DNA from: Oculina patagonica
Lineage: Eukaryota
Length of the DNA stretch: 64,000 nt
Direction: 5' to 3'
Assembly: GCF_052425735.1 (NCBI RefSeq)
Contig: NC_135770.1
Span: forward strand, 12,710,001 to 12,774,000
Made by a program: the position numbers and the translations under genes. The notes under the pieces were generated by a model, which searched no databases, was not told the origin of the DNA, and saw only the letters and a list, made by a program, of their open reading frames with translations. Every line of letters begins with the position of its first letter. Positions within the stretch are counted from its first letter, which is position 1. This document shows positions 62,985-64,000 of this stretch, in pieces.

Positions 62985-64000
62985 TGTAATATCCAACATC
63001 AGGTTGCGCATGCGCATGAACATCTTTTGTAGTGCCATGTGCAGATGTAGTCAGGACAGTTGTTATTAAAAGCGTTATTCAAGAGAAAGACTCGCGGTTA
63101 TTACACTGGCGACGAGGAAAAACACGCTCGACGAAGCACCAGTAGCAGAGAAGAAAGCAAGAGAAACCTAAAAAGAGAGGTTTGAAGCCCAGCGAGAGAG
63201 GCAAGCAAGAAAAATACTGCAACGCGTGAATCAATCGATCGACAAAACATGCCTGACCCAGAAGAAGCACCCGCCGCTCAAGCAACTCCAGCAGCTCCAG
63301 TGCAATTTATTACAGCAACGAGAACCCTAAAATCTCAACCATTTAACCCAGGTGACGATCCGATAGCTACAGGACAAGCGTGGGACGACTGGCTCGAAGA
63401 AATCGAACGGGAATTCAGATATTTTAAGATTACGGAGCCACTCGACAAGAAAGATGCACTCATCATTTATGGCGGTAAAGAAATCGCTCGCCTGGAGAAA
63501 AGTTTGCCAAACCCGACAGATGGCGGTGACGACTACGGAAAGTTAGGAAAGAAGCTGAATGACTACTTCAAGCCGAAGAAAAATAAACACCACGCAAGAT
63601 ATGTATTCCTCAAAATGAGACCGGCACATGGCGAAGCAACGAATGCGTATGCTGCTCGTTTAAGAGAGAAAGCCAACGACTGCGAATTCGGAACTAACTG
63701 CGATGAACGAATCTTGGAACACCTCATCCAGACAACACAGAATCGAACTCTTATCCAAAAAGCCATCAACAAGAAATGGGATTTGACACAGTTTTTAACC
63801 GAAGCTGCCCAAATCGAAGATACATCACTTCAAATAAGCGACATGAAAATTCCTCAAGATGTAAAGAAGGTTGGAGGACAGTCTGGAAAGTGGCGTCCAC
63901 CCAAGAACAGACAAAGTGGTCGGAGAAAACAACCCTGCGGATACTGCGGACAAACAGGCACACACGAGGAAGGCAAGAACTGTCCAGCCTATGGAAAAAA
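62985..64000 (+). mobile_element. Gypsy (Mag-like) LTR retrotransposon: 5' LTR, PBS and gag
   Basis: 121-bp LTR TGTAATA...TATTACA (62985-63105); PBS TGGCGACGAGGA (63107-63118), complementary to the tRNA-Ser(GCT) 3' end; gag follows. Confidence 0.88.
63249..64000 (+). CDS. Gag(-Pol) polyprotein N-terminus, open to the window end
   Basis: MPDPEE..WDDWLEEIE..YAARLREKANDCEFG..CGYCGQTGTHEEGKNCPAYGK (zinc knuckle); absent from the ORF track because there is no stop in the window. Confidence 0.85.
   Translation, partial: MPDPEEAPAAQATPAAPVQFITATRTLKSQPFNPGDDPIATGQAWDDWLEEIEREFRYFKITEPLDKKDALIIYGGKEIARLEKSLPNPTDGGDDYGKLGKKLNDYFKPKKNKHHARYVFLKMRPAHGEATNAYAARLREKANDCEFGTNCDERILEHLIQTTQNRTLIQKAINKKWDLTQFLTEAAQIEDTSLQISDMKIPQDVKKVGGQSGKWRPPKNRQSGRRKQPCGYCGQTGTHEEGKNCPAYGK

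Overview
Eukaryotic, AT-rich, intron-rich genomic DNA. The repeat families and gene content suggest an anthozoan such as a stony coral (inference). I spliced the genes by hand, checking splice sites and intron phases. Conventional genes: a PGGHG-like GH65 glycosidase (partial), BPNT1, a small RING plus TRAF-zinc-finger gene head-to-head with an SLC25 mitochondrial carrier (one GC-AG intron), an intronless frameshifted nischarin-like PX-LRR gene, CNOT9, and the start of SCYL1 with a Gypsy LTR element in its intron. The most striking content is three consecutive minus-strand genes with chimeric domain architectures that the ORF track hides. (1) A DZIP3-type HEPN (putative RNase) exon is spliced in frame onto a RING-less B-box/coiled-coil/filamin/NHL TRIM exon. 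(2) A TSG101-like UEV domain is fused to a C-terminal RING-HC. (3) A 3-hydroxyacyl-CoA-dehydrogenase NAD-binding domain that lacks its catalytic His/Ser and dimerisation domain is fused to a similar RING-HC, making it a candidate NAD(H)/acyl-CoA-sensing E3 ligase; it also has a possible alternative hydrophobic first exon. Also present: many MITEs, a Helentron-like element, a Penelope remnant, tRNA-like tandem/inverted repeats, and a candidate structured RNA antisense in a CNOT9 intron. Very long homopolymer runs suggest long-read errors, so frameshifts are treated cautiously.
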